Source: a virus
DNA: 64,000 nt
IMG/VR virus record: IMGVR_UViG_3300017780_002571
Coordinates: 38,277-102,276 of that record
Strand: one strand, 5' to 3'
The notes below the pieces were generated by a model that had not been told where the DNA came from, did not search any database, and saw only the letters and a list, made by a program, of their open reading frames with translations. The position numbers were made by a program, and so were the translations under genes. This document shows positions 37,122 to 47,739 of the stretch, piece by piece (within the stretch, counting starts at the first letter, position 1; each line of letters starts with the position of its first letter).

Positions 37122-39346
37122 TACGCCTCCTTAGTGGTTATGGCCTCGTACCAGTAGGCTGGTGTCGGCAATGGCTGGATATCTTTCTTCCCCTGCAGCT
37201 TCTCAATAGCCTGCTTGGCAACCTCGTACGCAGCCTTACTGCCGAACACTGATGCAATCACCGAGTCAGACACTAGCATGGGGCCTGTAGCATCCAACAG
37301 GTCTGCAAAGGTAGTCACGTGGCCTGAGACCTTGAACCCAGCAGCCTTCAGGGCGGCGGAGTGCTTAGGGTTGACCCCATCCCCGAGGTTCACAGTGGTA
37401 CGCTTGCGCACACTCAAATCCCAATTCAGCAGGGGGGCAACCTTTGTTTCAAGCAGCACAGCCCTGTACTGCTCCGACATCCCGAACATGATTTCAAAAG
37501 CCTTGTCCCCTCTGGAATAGTGACCCTCAGCGCCCACCAAATCGACAATGATCTGAGTAGCACTCGACTTGATCAAGCCAGCCCCTACCGCGTGCATGCG
37601 AGTGCTCAGGCTCACAGGATTTACGAACCTGTCCACCCCCTCAAGCAGAACGGTATCCACGTACACGGCATCAGAGGTGCATGCCGCGATCATCTTCTCG
37701 AATTCGGTAAGGGCCATGGAGGCTGAGAGCTCCAATCGGTCAGCGTTAGCCACTCCAGCGCCCCAGCTAATCACAGTCTTGACCACGGGAGAGGCTCCAC
37801 CTGCGATCAGAGGCACGTTAGTCTTCACCCACACATTTCCAGTTGCCCCGTCAATGGTGAGCATGTCACCCTCCTGAAAGGCTGGGCCGTTAGGGGCAAT
37901 GCAGGCAATCACCTTGGCCGTGGCATCTCCTATCTTCAAATCAGTAGCCCCAACCACACAGGACTTATTCATGCCCCGGGCCACCACGGCTGCATGAGAA
38001 GTCAAGCCCCCTGTCGCTGTCAGGATGCCCACACTGGCATTCATCCCGGCAATGTCATCCGGGTTGGTTTCCTTGGTAACCAGAATGCAAGGGACTTTGC
38101 AATTAACTGCACTCTCAGCGGTGAACATGACCACCCCCTTGACAATGCCGCCCCCGGCTGCAATGCCCTTCAGGTCTGGCGCCCCCTTGAATGTCGGGTT
38201 AATACTGTCCTGCATGACGCTGAACAACTGGGCCGCGCTCACCCTGCTTGCCGCTACTTCCTTGGAAATAAGGCCTTCATTGGCTAGGTCATAGGCTACT
38301 TGGAAAGCTGCCATGGCTGACCGCTTAGCGTTGCGAGTCTGCAAGATGTAGAGCTTCCCGTTCTCGACGGTGAACTCGATGTCCTGCATGTCCTTATAGC
38401 GCTTTTCGAGCTTAGCAACTACCATCCCCAAGTCGAAGGCTACGTCTGGATTCCACTTTTCCAAGGATTCAAGATTCTCAGGGGTGCGAATACCTGCCAC
38501 CACGTCCTCACCCTGCGCATTCACAAGGTACTCGCCAGTGATTACGTTCTCCCCAGTCGAGGGGTTCCGGCTGAACAAAACGCCTGTGGCGGACTGATCA
38601 TTCAGGTTACCGAACACCATGCTCTGCACAGTCACCGCAGTGCCCCAGCTATCCGGGATGTTGTTGATCTTGCGGTACTCAATGGCCCGGGGGTTGTTCC
38701 AAGACCGAAACACTGCCGCCACGGCCCCCATGACCTGCTCCATGGGAGTGTCTGGGAATTCAAAGCCTTGGGCGTTCACGATCTTCATATACCGGGTTAC
38801 CAGTCTGGACAACTGGTCCACGTTCAATTCACTGTCCAGAGTTACCCCCGCCTCATGACGCATGGTCTCAAGGGCATCCTCAAAAAACTGAAGGTCAACC
38901 CCGAGGGCCACGCTGGAATACATTTGGATCAGGCGACGGTAGGAGTCCAGAGCAGGGGCCTCGCCTAGTTGCTCTTTCCAGTATGGAAGAGTCTTGCTAG
39001 TCAGCCCCACGTTGAGAATCGTATCCATCATCCCGGGCATCGAGACCCGAGCCCCAGAGCGAACAGACATCAGGGGAGACTTCTTGCCCTTACCCACGAG
39101 GTACTTGATGCCGCTCTCTACGAGAGTCTGAATCTCGGTGTGGAACTCTGCAGCCTCGTCAACGTTGGCGTTGCATGCCACCTCGTACATAACTGAAGCT
39201 GCACATGGAATGGTAAAGCCCGGTGGCACTGGGAGCCCGAGGCTGGACATCTCTGCGAGATTGGCACCCTTACCGCCCAACACGTCCTTCATGGATGCAT
39301 TGCCGTCAGTAATGGAACCGAATTTGTAAATCTGGAGGCTTGACAT
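37121..39346 (-). CDS. PPDK-derived dikinase (ATP-grasp + phosphohistidine domains, no PEP/pyruvate barrel)
   Basis: LGGKGANLAEM, SVRSGARVSMPGMMDT, QGEDVVAGIRTP, DMQDIEFT, LQTR, GGLTSHAAVVARGM; last ~220 aa lack PPDK barrel motifs. Confidence 0.92.
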   Translation of the reverse strand: MSSLQIYKFGSITDGNASMKDVLGGKGANLAEMSSLGLPVPPGFTIPCAASVMYEVACNANVDEAAEFHTEIQTLVESGIKYLVGKGKKSPLMSVRSGARVSMPGMMDTILNVGLTSKTLPYWKEQLGEAPALDSYRRLIQMYSSVALGVDLQFFEDALETMRHEAGVTLDSELNVDQLSRLVTRYMKIVNAQGFEFPDTPMEQVMGAVAAVFRSWNNPRAIEYRKINNIPDSWGTAVTVQSMVFGNLNDQSATGVLFSRNPSTGENVITGEYLVNAQGEDVVAGIRTPENLESLEKWNPDVAFDLGMVVAKLEKRYKDMQDIEFTVENGKLYILQTRNAKRSAMAAFQVAYDLANEGLISKEVAASRVSAAQLFSVMQDSINPTFKGAPDLKGIAAGGGIVKGVVMFTAESAVNCKVPCILVTKETNPDDIAGMNASVGILTATGGLTSHAAVVARGMNKSCVVGATDLKIGDATAKVIACIAPNGPAFQEGDMLTIDGATGNVWVKTNVPLIAGGASPVVKTVISWGAGVANADRLELSASMALTEFEKMIAACTSDAVYVDTVLLEGVDRFVNPVSLSTRMHAVGAGLIKSSATQIIVDLVGAEGHYSRGDKAFEIMFGMSEQYRAVLLETKVAPLLNWDLSVRKRTTVNLGDGVNPKHSAALKAAGFKVSGHVTTFADLLDATGPMLVSDSVIASVFGSKAAYEVAKQAIEKLQGKKDIQPLPTPAYWYEAITTKEA

Positions 39347-39412
39347 ATGCGCCCTTTCTTGGCATTTCTTTCTATGATTGAATTATATCATAGATTTTTA
39401 GGGTTTGACTAA

Positions 39413-40018
39413 TTAAAATTCGGAGGCTTCGGCATTGGTGAACGGATACGATTTGAGTGCGTCATCACCCCAGATCTCCTCCACCACTGCCCTAACCTGT
39501 CGAATCAGGTAGAACTTGTCCTCTGGGTTGAGTAGAAGGAAATCTGACTCCCTCACTGGTAACCCTCGCTCAGACACGTGGGAGAAGTTCGAATACAGGG
39601 GATTGTTTGGGCGATCCACCTTGAGCACACTGGCACCCAACTCCCGGCAAATCGCCATCTCAACCGGGAACCGAAGATCGGTCACTATGAGACTCAACTC
39701 TAAAGCCTTAGCCTTTGCCCAAGCCTCACGAAGAATGGCAGCAAAAAAGTCATCTCCGAAGGCGTCCTTCACCGGGCCTTGAAGCCCAGTCATCATGGCT
39801 CTCGGAGTTAGTCCGTTTGGAAGTGGCTTCTCCTTGAGAGTCTCATCGTGGAAGTTCCCGAGAGGTACGTCCCATGCCACAGAGCACATCTGCTTCAGCC
39901 TGTCACCGAATGCAAACTTGAGAGAGTTAGGCACGTACTTGCGCAGCATGGAGGCGGTCAGGTCTTTACCCGACCCCTTCAGCCCGTGGATAGCTATGAG
40001 CTTAGGGGATGTCTTCAT
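39413..40018 (-). CDS. Deoxynucleoside monophosphate kinase
   Basis: IAIHGLKGSGKD P-loop, FGDRLK, TPR, IVTDLRFPVE, HVSE. Confidence 0.92.
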   Translation of the reverse strand: MKTSPKLIAIHGLKGSGKDLTASMLRKYVPNSLKFAFGDRLKQMCSVAWDVPLGNFHDETLKEKPLPNGLTPRAMMTGLQGPVKDAFGDDFFAAILREAWAKAKALELSLIVTDLRFPVEMAICRELGASVLKVDRPNNPLYSNFSHVSERGLPVRESDFLLLNPEDKFYLIRQVRAVVEEIWGDDALKSYPFTNAEASEF

Positions 40019-40020
40019 GA

Positions 40021-40338
40021 TTACGTCCCCACCTTCTCATCCGTACCTTCCCACACGAACTCACCATGCTCCCCAACCGGAAAGTGAGTGCCGCAAACTA
40101 CGCAGAAAGTCCCGCTGTAAAAACTTGGGTCACGGGCATAAGTCTCTGCTAAAGATAGCCCCATGTGAGTCACCCCGCCACACTTCTGGTGGACGTACTT
40201 TTGTCGTACGGGCCTCACGAAGCCTTTGCTCCTCTCTTCTTCACTCAAGACAACGTAGGCCTTCTGCATTCCAGTTGAGTGGTCAATCTCCCGGTGATCG
40301 GGGGTTACGGGGGACCCGTCAGTCAAAGTAGTTTTCAT
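40021..40338 (-). CDS. Hypothetical Zn-binding protein
   Basis: HQKCG and FCVVCGTH motifs. Confidence 0.7.
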   Translation of the reverse strand: MKTTLTDGSPVTPDHREIDHSTGMQKAYVVLSEEERSKGFVRPVRQKYVHQKCGGVTHMGLSLAETYARDPSFYSGTFCVVCGTHFPVGEHGEFVWEGTDEKVGT

Positions 40339-40538
40339 GGTTGCTTTCCTGTTTTCTTAGCTTCAATATTGGCGGCAAGTACAACCTGAGCCAACGCCTG
40401 CCCATTATCCGTAGTCACCGACAGCATCAATGTGCCATCAGTGATCGGGCCAATGCTCTGGTACGTGTACCCAGCCTTGGTCAGATGCCGTTCAAAGATC
40501 GGCAACTTCCAAGCATCAATGGCGATAGCGGCCTTCAT
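40335..40538 (-). CDS. Hypothetical protein
   Basis: Coupled 67-aa ORF. Confidence 0.65.
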   Translation of the reverse strand: MKAAIAIDAWKLPIFERHLTKAGYTYQSIGPITDGTLMLSVTTDNGQALAQVVLAANIEAKKTGKQP

Positions 40539-41050
40539 TACTTGAACACTGGTTGACGGTAGCCCAGAGCCTTCAGGAACTTGCCCTTAGGGTACTCCCA
40601 CACATCTTGACCATCGACCATAGAGTAGCCTTGATCCTTGGAAGACTTCAAGCACTTACGGGGGAACTCGCCCTCGTAGTAGTGCTCAACGCCCTTGGCA
40701 AAGTAATGATCGGAGGTTGCCTTTAGGTGTGCCTCATCGGTGCAGAATCGGCTGTACAGGGCACCCACGACTTCGGCCATGTCTTCGTTGGCATCAATGC
40801 CCATGAGATGGTGGGCTCCGAGACTGAACACATTGATGTCACACAGCGCATCCCGGACATCTGCCAAGTTGCGATCCGCAAGCGCGTTTTGCAGCTCTTG
40901 GTACTCCGCCAAGATATTCTTGCACTGCTTCTCAAGGCGCTGCCACGCCGCTGTGTACTCCTCCGTGGAGTATGCGTCCAAGAGAGCTGGGTTGCCTTTG
41001 GGATTACCAAAGGCCGTGTTCATTTCTGATACCTGTTCAAACATTCCCAT
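40538..41050 (-). CDS. MazG-like all-alpha NTP pyrophosphohydrolase
   Basis: EMNTAFG, AEYQEL, DVRDALCD, GKFLK. Confidence 0.8.
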   Translation of the reverse strand: MGMFEQVSEMNTAFGNPKGNPALLDAYSTEEYTAAWQRLEKQCKNILAEYQELQNALADRNLADVRDALCDINVFSLGAHHLMGIDANEDMAEVVGALYSRFCTDEAHLKATSDHYFAKGVEHYYEGEFPRKCLKSSKDQGYSMVDGQDVWEYPKGKFLKALGYRQPVFK

Positions 41051-41052
41051 GG

Positions 41053-41850
41053 TTACACCTTTTCGTTTGTGAAGTTAATTTCAAAATGCCCGTCCACCAT
41101 CTCACGCTGAGCATCAGCGTAAATCGCAGGGTAACGATCTGCCAGTTGGTCAAACAGCAGATTGAACCCAATGCGAATTTCTTCCTCGGCATGGCGAGAT
41201 GTACGGATTGAGCAGAGGTGGCGCAAGGCACGATGGTTGTACGTGGCCATGATGTTGTTGGCCACACCGTTGCCCACGATTCGCCGGAATGCAGAGGTCA
41301 GTTTTTTCTTCTTGTCGAAGTCTTCCTTGCTCTTCATGCGATTGATCCCGGAGACCTCTTCCATCCGCTTGATGATGTTCTCTTGATGGATGATGGCTTC
41401 CTCGAACAGACCTGCCAATTCGATGTTCTCCCGGATCACCTGAGGCATCCAGAAGCTCAGTTCGTCGGTACGCACATAGCGGCCTGAGGTTTGGGAGTAC
41501 GCAGCCCCGGCACGGTGGCGGACCAGCTCATGGGTGAACACACGGCTCACGTTGATGAAGGCAATATTCACGGCCACGTGTTCCAGCACAGAGCCATGCT
41601 TGGTGGCAATGATTCCGTCTTGGATGTAGTCGAAGTTACTGCGACCACCTGTCTTGGTCAGGTTCGAATTCAGCTTGGTGTCAAAGCTCATGTAGCACAG
41701 CTTCCCAGCGGTCTCTACAAGCACCTCTGCGCTGCTCTCCCCATCAGAATGCCACTCAGGCACCCCAATCTCTTCCAGCATGGCCTTCAGGCCAGCCTCA
41801 TCCACTTTGGTCTCTCCAACAATGAAGACGCTCGGCGTAACTAATTTCAT
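41053..41850 (-). CDS. thyX: Flavin-dependent thymidylate synthase
   Basis: HGSVLEH, SRVFTHELVRHRAGAAYSQTSGRY (RHRx7-8S), HAEEEIR. Confidence 0.96.
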   Translation of the reverse strand: MKLVTPSVFIVGETKVDEAGLKAMLEEIGVPEWHSDGESSAEVLVETAGKLCYMSFDTKLNSNLTKTGGRSNFDYIQDGIIATKHGSVLEHVAVNIAFINVSRVFTHELVRHRAGAAYSQTSGRYVRTDELSFWMPQVIRENIELAGLFEEAIIHQENIIKRMEEVSGINRMKSKEDFDKKKKLTSAFRRIVGNGVANNIMATYNHRALRHLCSIRTSRHAEEEIRIGFNLLFDQLADRYPAIYADAQREMVDGHFEINFTNEKV

Positions 41851-41863
41851 ACTTTCTCCTTGG

Positions 41864-42485
41864 TTAAATTGCAGTTAATTGCACAGGTGCGAGGGCTTTG
41901 TAAACCCTCCCCTTCAACGCCGTTAGGGCGTCCCGTTCCGCTTCAAGCGCAGCGAGTTCTTTTGCATAGTGCTCGGGCTCTGGGCAAGTCACTATTTCGT
42001 TATGCACTTCGGCTATCTTGGTCCCCAAGGCGATGTAGACCATAAGCAGGTTCTTCCCGGTGAATCTCATGGCTGGCTCCTATGTTTGAACTCAAACGCC
42101 TCGACCAGTCCAGTGGGGCGCAGCTCCACATAGATTCGAGTCTTGCCATGGGAGACCACACTCACGAACTCCGCTTCATGGCCTGTCTTCTTTTTAACGT
42201 AGTCAGCCAGCGCCTCTTGCAGCTCCAATAGCGTCAGATCAACATCCTTTAGGATCATTTCAGCTCCTTGAGGTGGTACCACTGGTTGTCGTAGTACTTG
42301 GCATGGGTGATTCGACCCCCACCACTCAGCACATGGGCTGGAAGGTCGGGGCAGTAGGGTGACTTCTCGTCTACACCTTGAGCCAACAACTCTTCCCGGG
42401 TGGGCTTTCTGTCCCATGCATACACGAAGTACTCCCCATGCTGGTCGTAGTCGTTGTACTCCTCGGTCAAGGCCCAGATGGTCAT
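41864..42485 (-). CDS. Three small hypothetical genes (41864-42070, 42067-42258, 42255-42485)
   Basis: Chain of ATGA-coupled ORFs. Confidence 0.6.
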
Positions 42486-43480
42486 GCTACGTCTCCCATG
42501 TTGATTGGGTCAATCCACCCAAAGAAGGACGGAAAGCGTGGCAGAGTCTTGCCACCCAGCTTCTGAGACTTGACCCGCATGGGACGGCCAATCAGGCTGG
42601 CTCTGGTAAGCCACAAGGCCTTGAGCTCTTCTTGGGTAAGGAATCCGGGGCCGCAGTTGAATCGCATGCCGAAGTAGACGGACTCGGGTTCAATGCATTC
42701 AACCAAGAAGCCTCCGACCTCTTCAATGGGAACTTTGCCTGCTTTAGCAGTGCTACGCTTTGCTCTTCCCAGTTCGTCAAGTTTTTTCTCATTCGTGTTG
42801 GTCTTTCCTTGCTTGACTTCTCGAATCACGCAGTTGTAGTCAATGAACTCTTTCCACTTCATGGCTTGCCCACCGAGGATGGTGGACCGCCCAAACTTGT
42901 ACGCAGCATGCGGAGACTTGAGGATCAGCCCCTCGTACCCGAGGTCCAAGGCCTCCTTGTAGTACGCCTTCAACTCTTCCATGTTGTAGATCAGTTGCTG
43001 GTGCACCAGAACTATTCGCTGCTTCACAACAAAGGGCAGTGCGGTGATGTACTTCGACAGAAACTCATGCCGATCCTTCGCCACACAGGTACCCATGTTC
43101 CAGTGCTCGAAAACGTAGAACCTGAAGTCTGGCTCCCCGTCTGAGGACATCACCCCTGAGGTGGTTGTATTGAAGGTGGTCGTGAGATTAGGCTCCCCCA
43201 CAATCATCTCTCCGTCTAACCCTTGCAGGTACTGCCCGTGATCCCCTACCCACTTTTGGAGGTACCTGTTAGGCAGAGGCAGCATCTTTCGGCTCATGGC
43301 CGTACTGTTAAGAATCGGGCTACGAATGCCGTCCAATTTATAGGAGGCGTACACAGGGAATTTTATCTGATCTTCAGTTGGAATTTCAGATGCAGCTAGC
43401 ATGCATGAGAATTTACTGCCAGCTTCTACAGCACTTGGAGTGCTTGGCGTGGCTGCTATCTTTTTAATAGTTACTGGCAT
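42482..43480 (-). CDS. ATP-dependent DNA ligase
   Basis: YKLDGIR (motif I), LDGEM, FYVFE, YEGLILK, KWK, PRFP. Confidence 0.95.
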   Translation of the reverse strand: MPVTIKKIAATPSTPSAVEAGSKFSCMLAASEIPTEDQIKFPVYASYKLDGIRSPILNSTAMSRKMLPLPNRYLQKWVGDHGQYLQGLDGEMIVGEPNLTTTFNTTTSGVMSSDGEPDFRFYVFEHWNMGTCVAKDRHEFLSKYITALPFVVKQRIVLVHQQLIYNMEELKAYYKEALDLGYEGLILKSPHAAYKFGRSTILGGQAMKWKEFIDYNCVIREVKQGKTNTNEKKLDELGRAKRSTAKAGKVPIEEVGGFLVECIEPESVYFGMRFNCGPGFLTQEELKALWLTRASLIGRPMRVKSQKLGGKTLPRFPSFFGWIDPINMGDVA

Positions 43481-43546
43481 GGATACCCTTCTTGGTGGTC
43501 AGATTGAATTCAGCTAATGCATTATACATTAGATTTTGGGGGTTTG

Positions 43547-43825
43547 TCAAAATGGGCATTCTTGAGAGGAAACCCTTCGAGGGGGAGGGGCGTCCCACGC
43601 AATGTCCAGAGCAATGTCCTCTATCTCTTCGTCTGTGAGCTCGGAGCATCGCATAGCCCTATGCAGTCCGGCCATTGGGTGGGAGTCACAAAACTTGGTC
43701 CCGGGCCTGTGCGGATAAAGTAGGCCGCCACAGGTGCAGAGCTTGTGCCCCGACTTCTGGTAGTGGTCCTGCATGGCTGCATAGGTGGTGCGCCTAGTCC
43801 GACACTCTACGCACCTCAAGGTCAT
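43547..43825 (-). CDS. Small Cys/His-rich Zn-finger protein
   Basis: CVEC...H...H and CTCGG..YPHRPG..C. Confidence 0.65.
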   Translation of the reverse strand: MTLRCVECRTRRTTYAAMQDHYQKSGHKLCTCGGLLYPHRPGTKFCDSHPMAGLHRAMRCSELTDEEIEDIALDIAWDAPPPRRVSSQECPF

Positions 43826-44418
43826 GCACGCACCCGGTGGTGGTCGTCGGAGTGCCCAGATTTCCTGCCCGACAGCAGGGCTTTAATCTCCGACCACTCC
43901 AAGGGGCGGTACTCCCCTGTCAACTTGGCTATGTGATCCACCCCCACGTCGAGGATGCGAGTTTGAGCAAGCTCTCCCGGGTAGCGCATGGAACCATGGC
44001 AGTGCCCGTGCAGGTGGTAGGCCCCCCGGTGCTGTTGGTGCCAAGACATGAATGGGAAGTGACTCAAGACCACTCGATCCTCGTCCAGCTTCTGCTCATG
44101 GTAGGTCATCACTCGATTCCAGCCAATCACCTTGCTGGTGTCTTTGCCGTGGTCGTGGTTGCCCTTCACCAAGGTCTTCTGTCCATTCATGGCGCGGAGG
44201 ATCGCGGTGGTTCGGTCTGGCTGGTAGAAACTGAAGTCCCCAAGGATGAACGCGATGTCCTGAGGCTTCACGTACTTGTTCCATGTAGACACCAGTTCTT
44301 CATCTTGATGGTCCGAGTCCCGAAATGGGCGAGAACAATACTGAATCACATTGCTGTGGCCGTGGTGGAGGTCACTGCCAAACCAGTACTTCGCGGGGGT
44401 GTGTGGTTGTCGTTCCAT
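43822..44418 (-). CDS. Calcineurin-like metallophosphoesterase
   Basis: SDLHHGH, LGDFS, KGNHD, SHFP, HLHGHCH, DVGVD; start MERQ. Confidence 0.93.
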   Translation of the reverse strand: MERQPHTPAKYWFGSDLHHGHSNVIQYCSRPFRDSDHQDEELVSTWNKYVKPQDIAFILGDFSFYQPDRTTAILRAMNGQKTLVKGNHDHGKDTSKVIGWNRVMTYHEQKLDEDRVVLSHFPFMSWHQQHRGAYHLHGHCHGSMRYPGELAQTRILDVGVDHIAKLTGEYRPLEWSEIKALLSGRKSGHSDDHHRVRA

Positions 44419-44420
44419 AT

Positions 44421-45579
44421 CTACTTCTCTAAACTTTCTATCTCTTTTGCGGCTAGGTGAATAGCCTTGGGGCTGATCTTGGGAGTCACCAAGAGAACTG
44501 CATCCATGGCATCGTCCACGATTAGTGCGTAATCTGTGCGCCAACGAAACTCATCATCAGCTACCTTAGTCAGCAGAAACAAAGCCTCATCCATGAGGTT
44601 CACGAACTCAGTAACCTTGTCTACCCTGCAGGCCAGCAAGGTAATGGCTAAGAGGCGGGATATCTCTTGGACTACGGACTGAATCTGCTCACCCTCTTGC
44701 GTGAAAAACAGCTTGATCTTCACGTCCACCATGCTCTTCATCAGCTTCTGTCTGGCGATGGCCTTTGCTATAGGATTCATAGCTACGTTCTTACTCACCG
44801 TGCGGATTCCGAGAGGATTTACCATGGTCTCGCCCTCACGTGCCGTTCAGCTACAAACCCGGGAATGGGCTGATCGTCTCCCGTCTGCAGAGCTAGGCAA
44901 GCAACCGTGGCTAATGACCTATCTTTGTAGCAGTACCGATGCCCCCATCCGTTCCAATCAAGGTCCACTACAAGACCTCGGGTGAACATGAGGTCAATGG
45001 TCCCGATGATGGTCCCGTCAGGCAGGACTCGAAGGTCCTTGTAGTGGCTGTCCTTGAGATGCTCCAACATCTCCGCCAACGCAAGGAGCGGTTCCGAGGG
45101 CTCACTCTTTTGAGTGTTCATGGTTACTTTCAAAGGTGCAAAGAAGGGACAACCCAGTCTATGGGCTCGATAGACTCCCCGCGATTCAGATGGTGCGGGT
45201 GCCCATACCGATCTACGACCATGATGGATTCGTCATGCTGAGTGAACATGCACTGGAAGTGCCGCTTATCGCTGTCAAGTGGACGAAGGCGCTTAGGCCA
45301 CGCCAGCTTCCATTCCTCAGTCTCGAACATATCCTGAGTCAGGATGGCCCCCATGTAAACCAGTGGCTGGTGGTCATGCAGGTTCTCGTAGGCCCTGCCC
45401 CAACCACCATACGCCTTGCAGTACTGGTAGGCGTAAGCCTCTCCAGCTAGGGCGGCCCCCAGATCAAAGCTGTACGCTGGGATAACTAGGTTACGGTTGG
45501 TTCCGCGTCTGCTTTTGGGCAATAGCAGGTACACAACATCTATGGACTGAGAGCTCATACTTGGCTTAGAGATTGACAT
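44421..45579 (-). CDS. Three hypothetical genes (44421-44825, 44819-45133, 45130-45579)
   Basis: Contiguous, overlapping minus-strand ORFs. Confidence 0.6.
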
Positions 45580-45582
45580 GGA

Positions 45583-46050
45583 CTAATCCTCCACCTTGAA
45601 TTGCACGTTCGACTGTCGCAGTAACTGCCTGCGCAATAGCGCTTCTGGAGGAGTGGCTTTCAGGAATGCGACGGCATACCCAAGGCTCATCCTAGTGTGG
45701 TAGGCAAGGAATTCTGCAGAGGTTGCAAACACTCGCTCCCTATCCGCTGGGAGCTTGTGAATGACATCAGGCATAAACTTATCCACACCAATGTTCGCCC
45801 GAAAGATCGCAGCCCCGGCGCACTGAGGCGTGTTGATAGCCTTGAGCTTCCAGTTCGGGTCATCAAAGTCGCAATGCTTGTGGCAAGGCAGGACGAATGG
45901 CCCCGCAGCCTGACCAATGTAGATCAGAGGACTAGAGCCTCCCAGTGCCCCCGGAGCTACCTCCCGAGAATAGGGGCAGTCCGGGCATGGCGCTTTTACG
46001 TGAGTGCAATTAATTGCAGAGGATACGATTTCGGTGGGGGTGCTACTCAT
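45583..46050 (-). CDS. Cys-rich phage protein (DUF6283-like)
   Basis: PCPDCPY...LPCHK...QCAGAA. Confidence 0.6.
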   Translation of the reverse strand: MSSTPTEIVSSAINCTHVKAPCPDCPYSREVAPGALGGSSPLIYIGQAAGPFVLPCHKHCDFDDPNWKLKAINTPQCAGAAIFRANIGVDKFMPDVIHKLPADRERVFATSAEFLAYHTRMSLGYAVAFLKATPPEALLRRQLLRQSNVQFKVED

Positions 46051-46093
46051 AGCGGTCTCCGGTGGTTTTGGTTATTGTAACAGATTTTGACCG

Positions 46094-47305
46094 TTAGTCA
46101 AATTGGGACTTCGCCCCCGTGATCCGGTAAATCATCGACGTAAGGTTTCGAACTTGCACTGGGTGCAGGTACGTCTCAGGCAGCACTAGGTGGGACTTCA
46201 ACCCCTCGAATCTCGCCATCAGCAACATCAGGATCATGCCCACAGAGTGACGCACACCAATGGCTGATTTCTTCAAGTCCTTCGGAGGGTCTGCCTGCCA
46301 CAGCTCCCGGTATATTCTCAGGAAGTTGGCAGTGACTAGAAGGCCAGCCCACTCCTCCTCTGACAAGTTCTTTGCGGTCTCCAAGGTCCTTTCAGGGTCA
46401 ATCAGGTAACGGCCCGGGGCCTCGATCACCATGTCACCGGGAGCCACCATGGCAGTTATGCCGCCCTTCTCATTCAGCTCTATCTCTTGCCCGTCTGCAA
46501 TAATGATAGACATGGCTACCCCCTGTTGCTATGGCGAAGGACTCCGCGCCACTGGTGGGTATGGTGTGAGCCAAAGATGCTTGGGCTGTCGAATACCCAC
46601 CCACCGCGCCAGCTCTTGCCGTCCCACCATCTCCGGGTTCCTGTCAGCTTGAACTTGCTGTGGTGGTGCACATACTCAGAATGCCCCACCTCGTACATCC
46701 CCTTACGCACGGGGTTAACCGTGGCCGGGAACCATGGTGTCAGGACTAGCGGTTTCTTACGGAGGTACATCACAGCTCCTCTTGGCAGGTTCTGGCCAAA
46801 ACGTCACTCACCAATTTCTCGGTGAAGTGCTCACCCATCCAAACGATGTACTGAGGGTCATGCTCCGCGATCTGCGAAGGGGTCTGCCCCTTGTACTTGC
46901 CTTGCTTCAAAGGCGTATGGTCAAGCTCTTCATCACTCATCATTGGGTTCTCCTTTAATGTTCAAGTTCTCAATTTGCAGGGACCACTCCCGATTCAGTT
47001 CTCGCAGCTTGGAGTAAAAAGCCAGCAAGGCGTACTCGGAATAGAACCCGGTCAGGGTGGGGTTAGGTAGGAAGACATAGAAGCCGTCAATCTCCATGTA
47101 CATGGTCCCGGCGTCCACACCGTTCTTAGCTCGAACCTTGAAGGCCTTACCCTCCAAAGCTTCGTAGGTGAACAGGTCAACGCTGGCCATCACCCCACCC
47201 CTCTCTGGTAGCGTTCCAGATAGCAGACACAGCGAAGGCTGCTACATACGCGATAGCACTGGGGCCAATGGCTAGGAGGGCTGCGACTACTTTTAGGGTT
47301 GCCAT
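46094..47305 (-). CDS. Cluster of small hypothetical genes (46094-46513, 46516-46773, 46933-47193 and shorter ORFs)
   Basis: Closely packed minus-strand ORFs with RBSs. Confidence 0.55.
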
Positions 47306-47307
47306 GA

Positions 47308-47739
47308 TTATTCGTTGCATGTTGTTAGTCCTTTGGGAACGTAAATCTCTCGCGGGATGTCCACCCCTGTAACGAGGAATGGCTCCCACTGGCCGGGTTT
47401 GAAGATGGCGGCAGGGACGGTTTTGAGGCCCAACCGCCAGCGCTTAACTACTCGGTGATTCCCGTCTACTACGAGATTATCCCCGTCAGGAAACTCTACA
47501 ACGATTATCGGGTTGTTTATCGAAGAGCCCAAATTGGCCAAGTGAGGCTCCTCCACCCCGTGGAACTTCTCGATGTGAGCCACTAGATCGTCGTATAAGG
47601 CCAGTGTTTCGAAAACTGGGGTCACGGTATTGGCAAGCACTGCTCGGGTCATTGCTGAGGCGTTAAAGTGCCTTGTTGCCCCATGGAGGTCTTCATGGCT
47701 AAACAGCTCATCCGTGGGTAGGCAGTCATAGATCAGCAT
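47308..47739 (-). CDS. ParB/Srx-like N-terminal domain protein
   Basis: NPIIVV...VVDGNHRV; start MLIYD. Confidence 0.7.
   Translation of the reverse strand: MLIYDCLPTDELFSHEDLHGATRHFNASAMTRAVLANTVTPVFETLALYDDLVAHIEKFHGVEEPHLANLGSSINNPIIVVEFPDGDNLVVDGNHRVVKRWRLGLKTVPAAIFKPGQWEPFLVTGVDIPREIYVPKGLTTCNE

Noticed and set aside
37121-39346. Calling the gene a functional ppdK auxiliary metabolic gene
   Set aside because: The PEP/pyruvate-binding domain motifs are absent.
39413-41850. Hypermodified-base pathway inferred from dNMP kinase, MazG-like protein and ThyX alone
   Set aside because: These are common phage nucleotide-pool genes, and no recognised base-modification enzyme was identified.
43391-43405. 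TGCAGCTAGCATGCA as a palindrome copy
   Set aside because: The spacer is 7 bp rather than 6.
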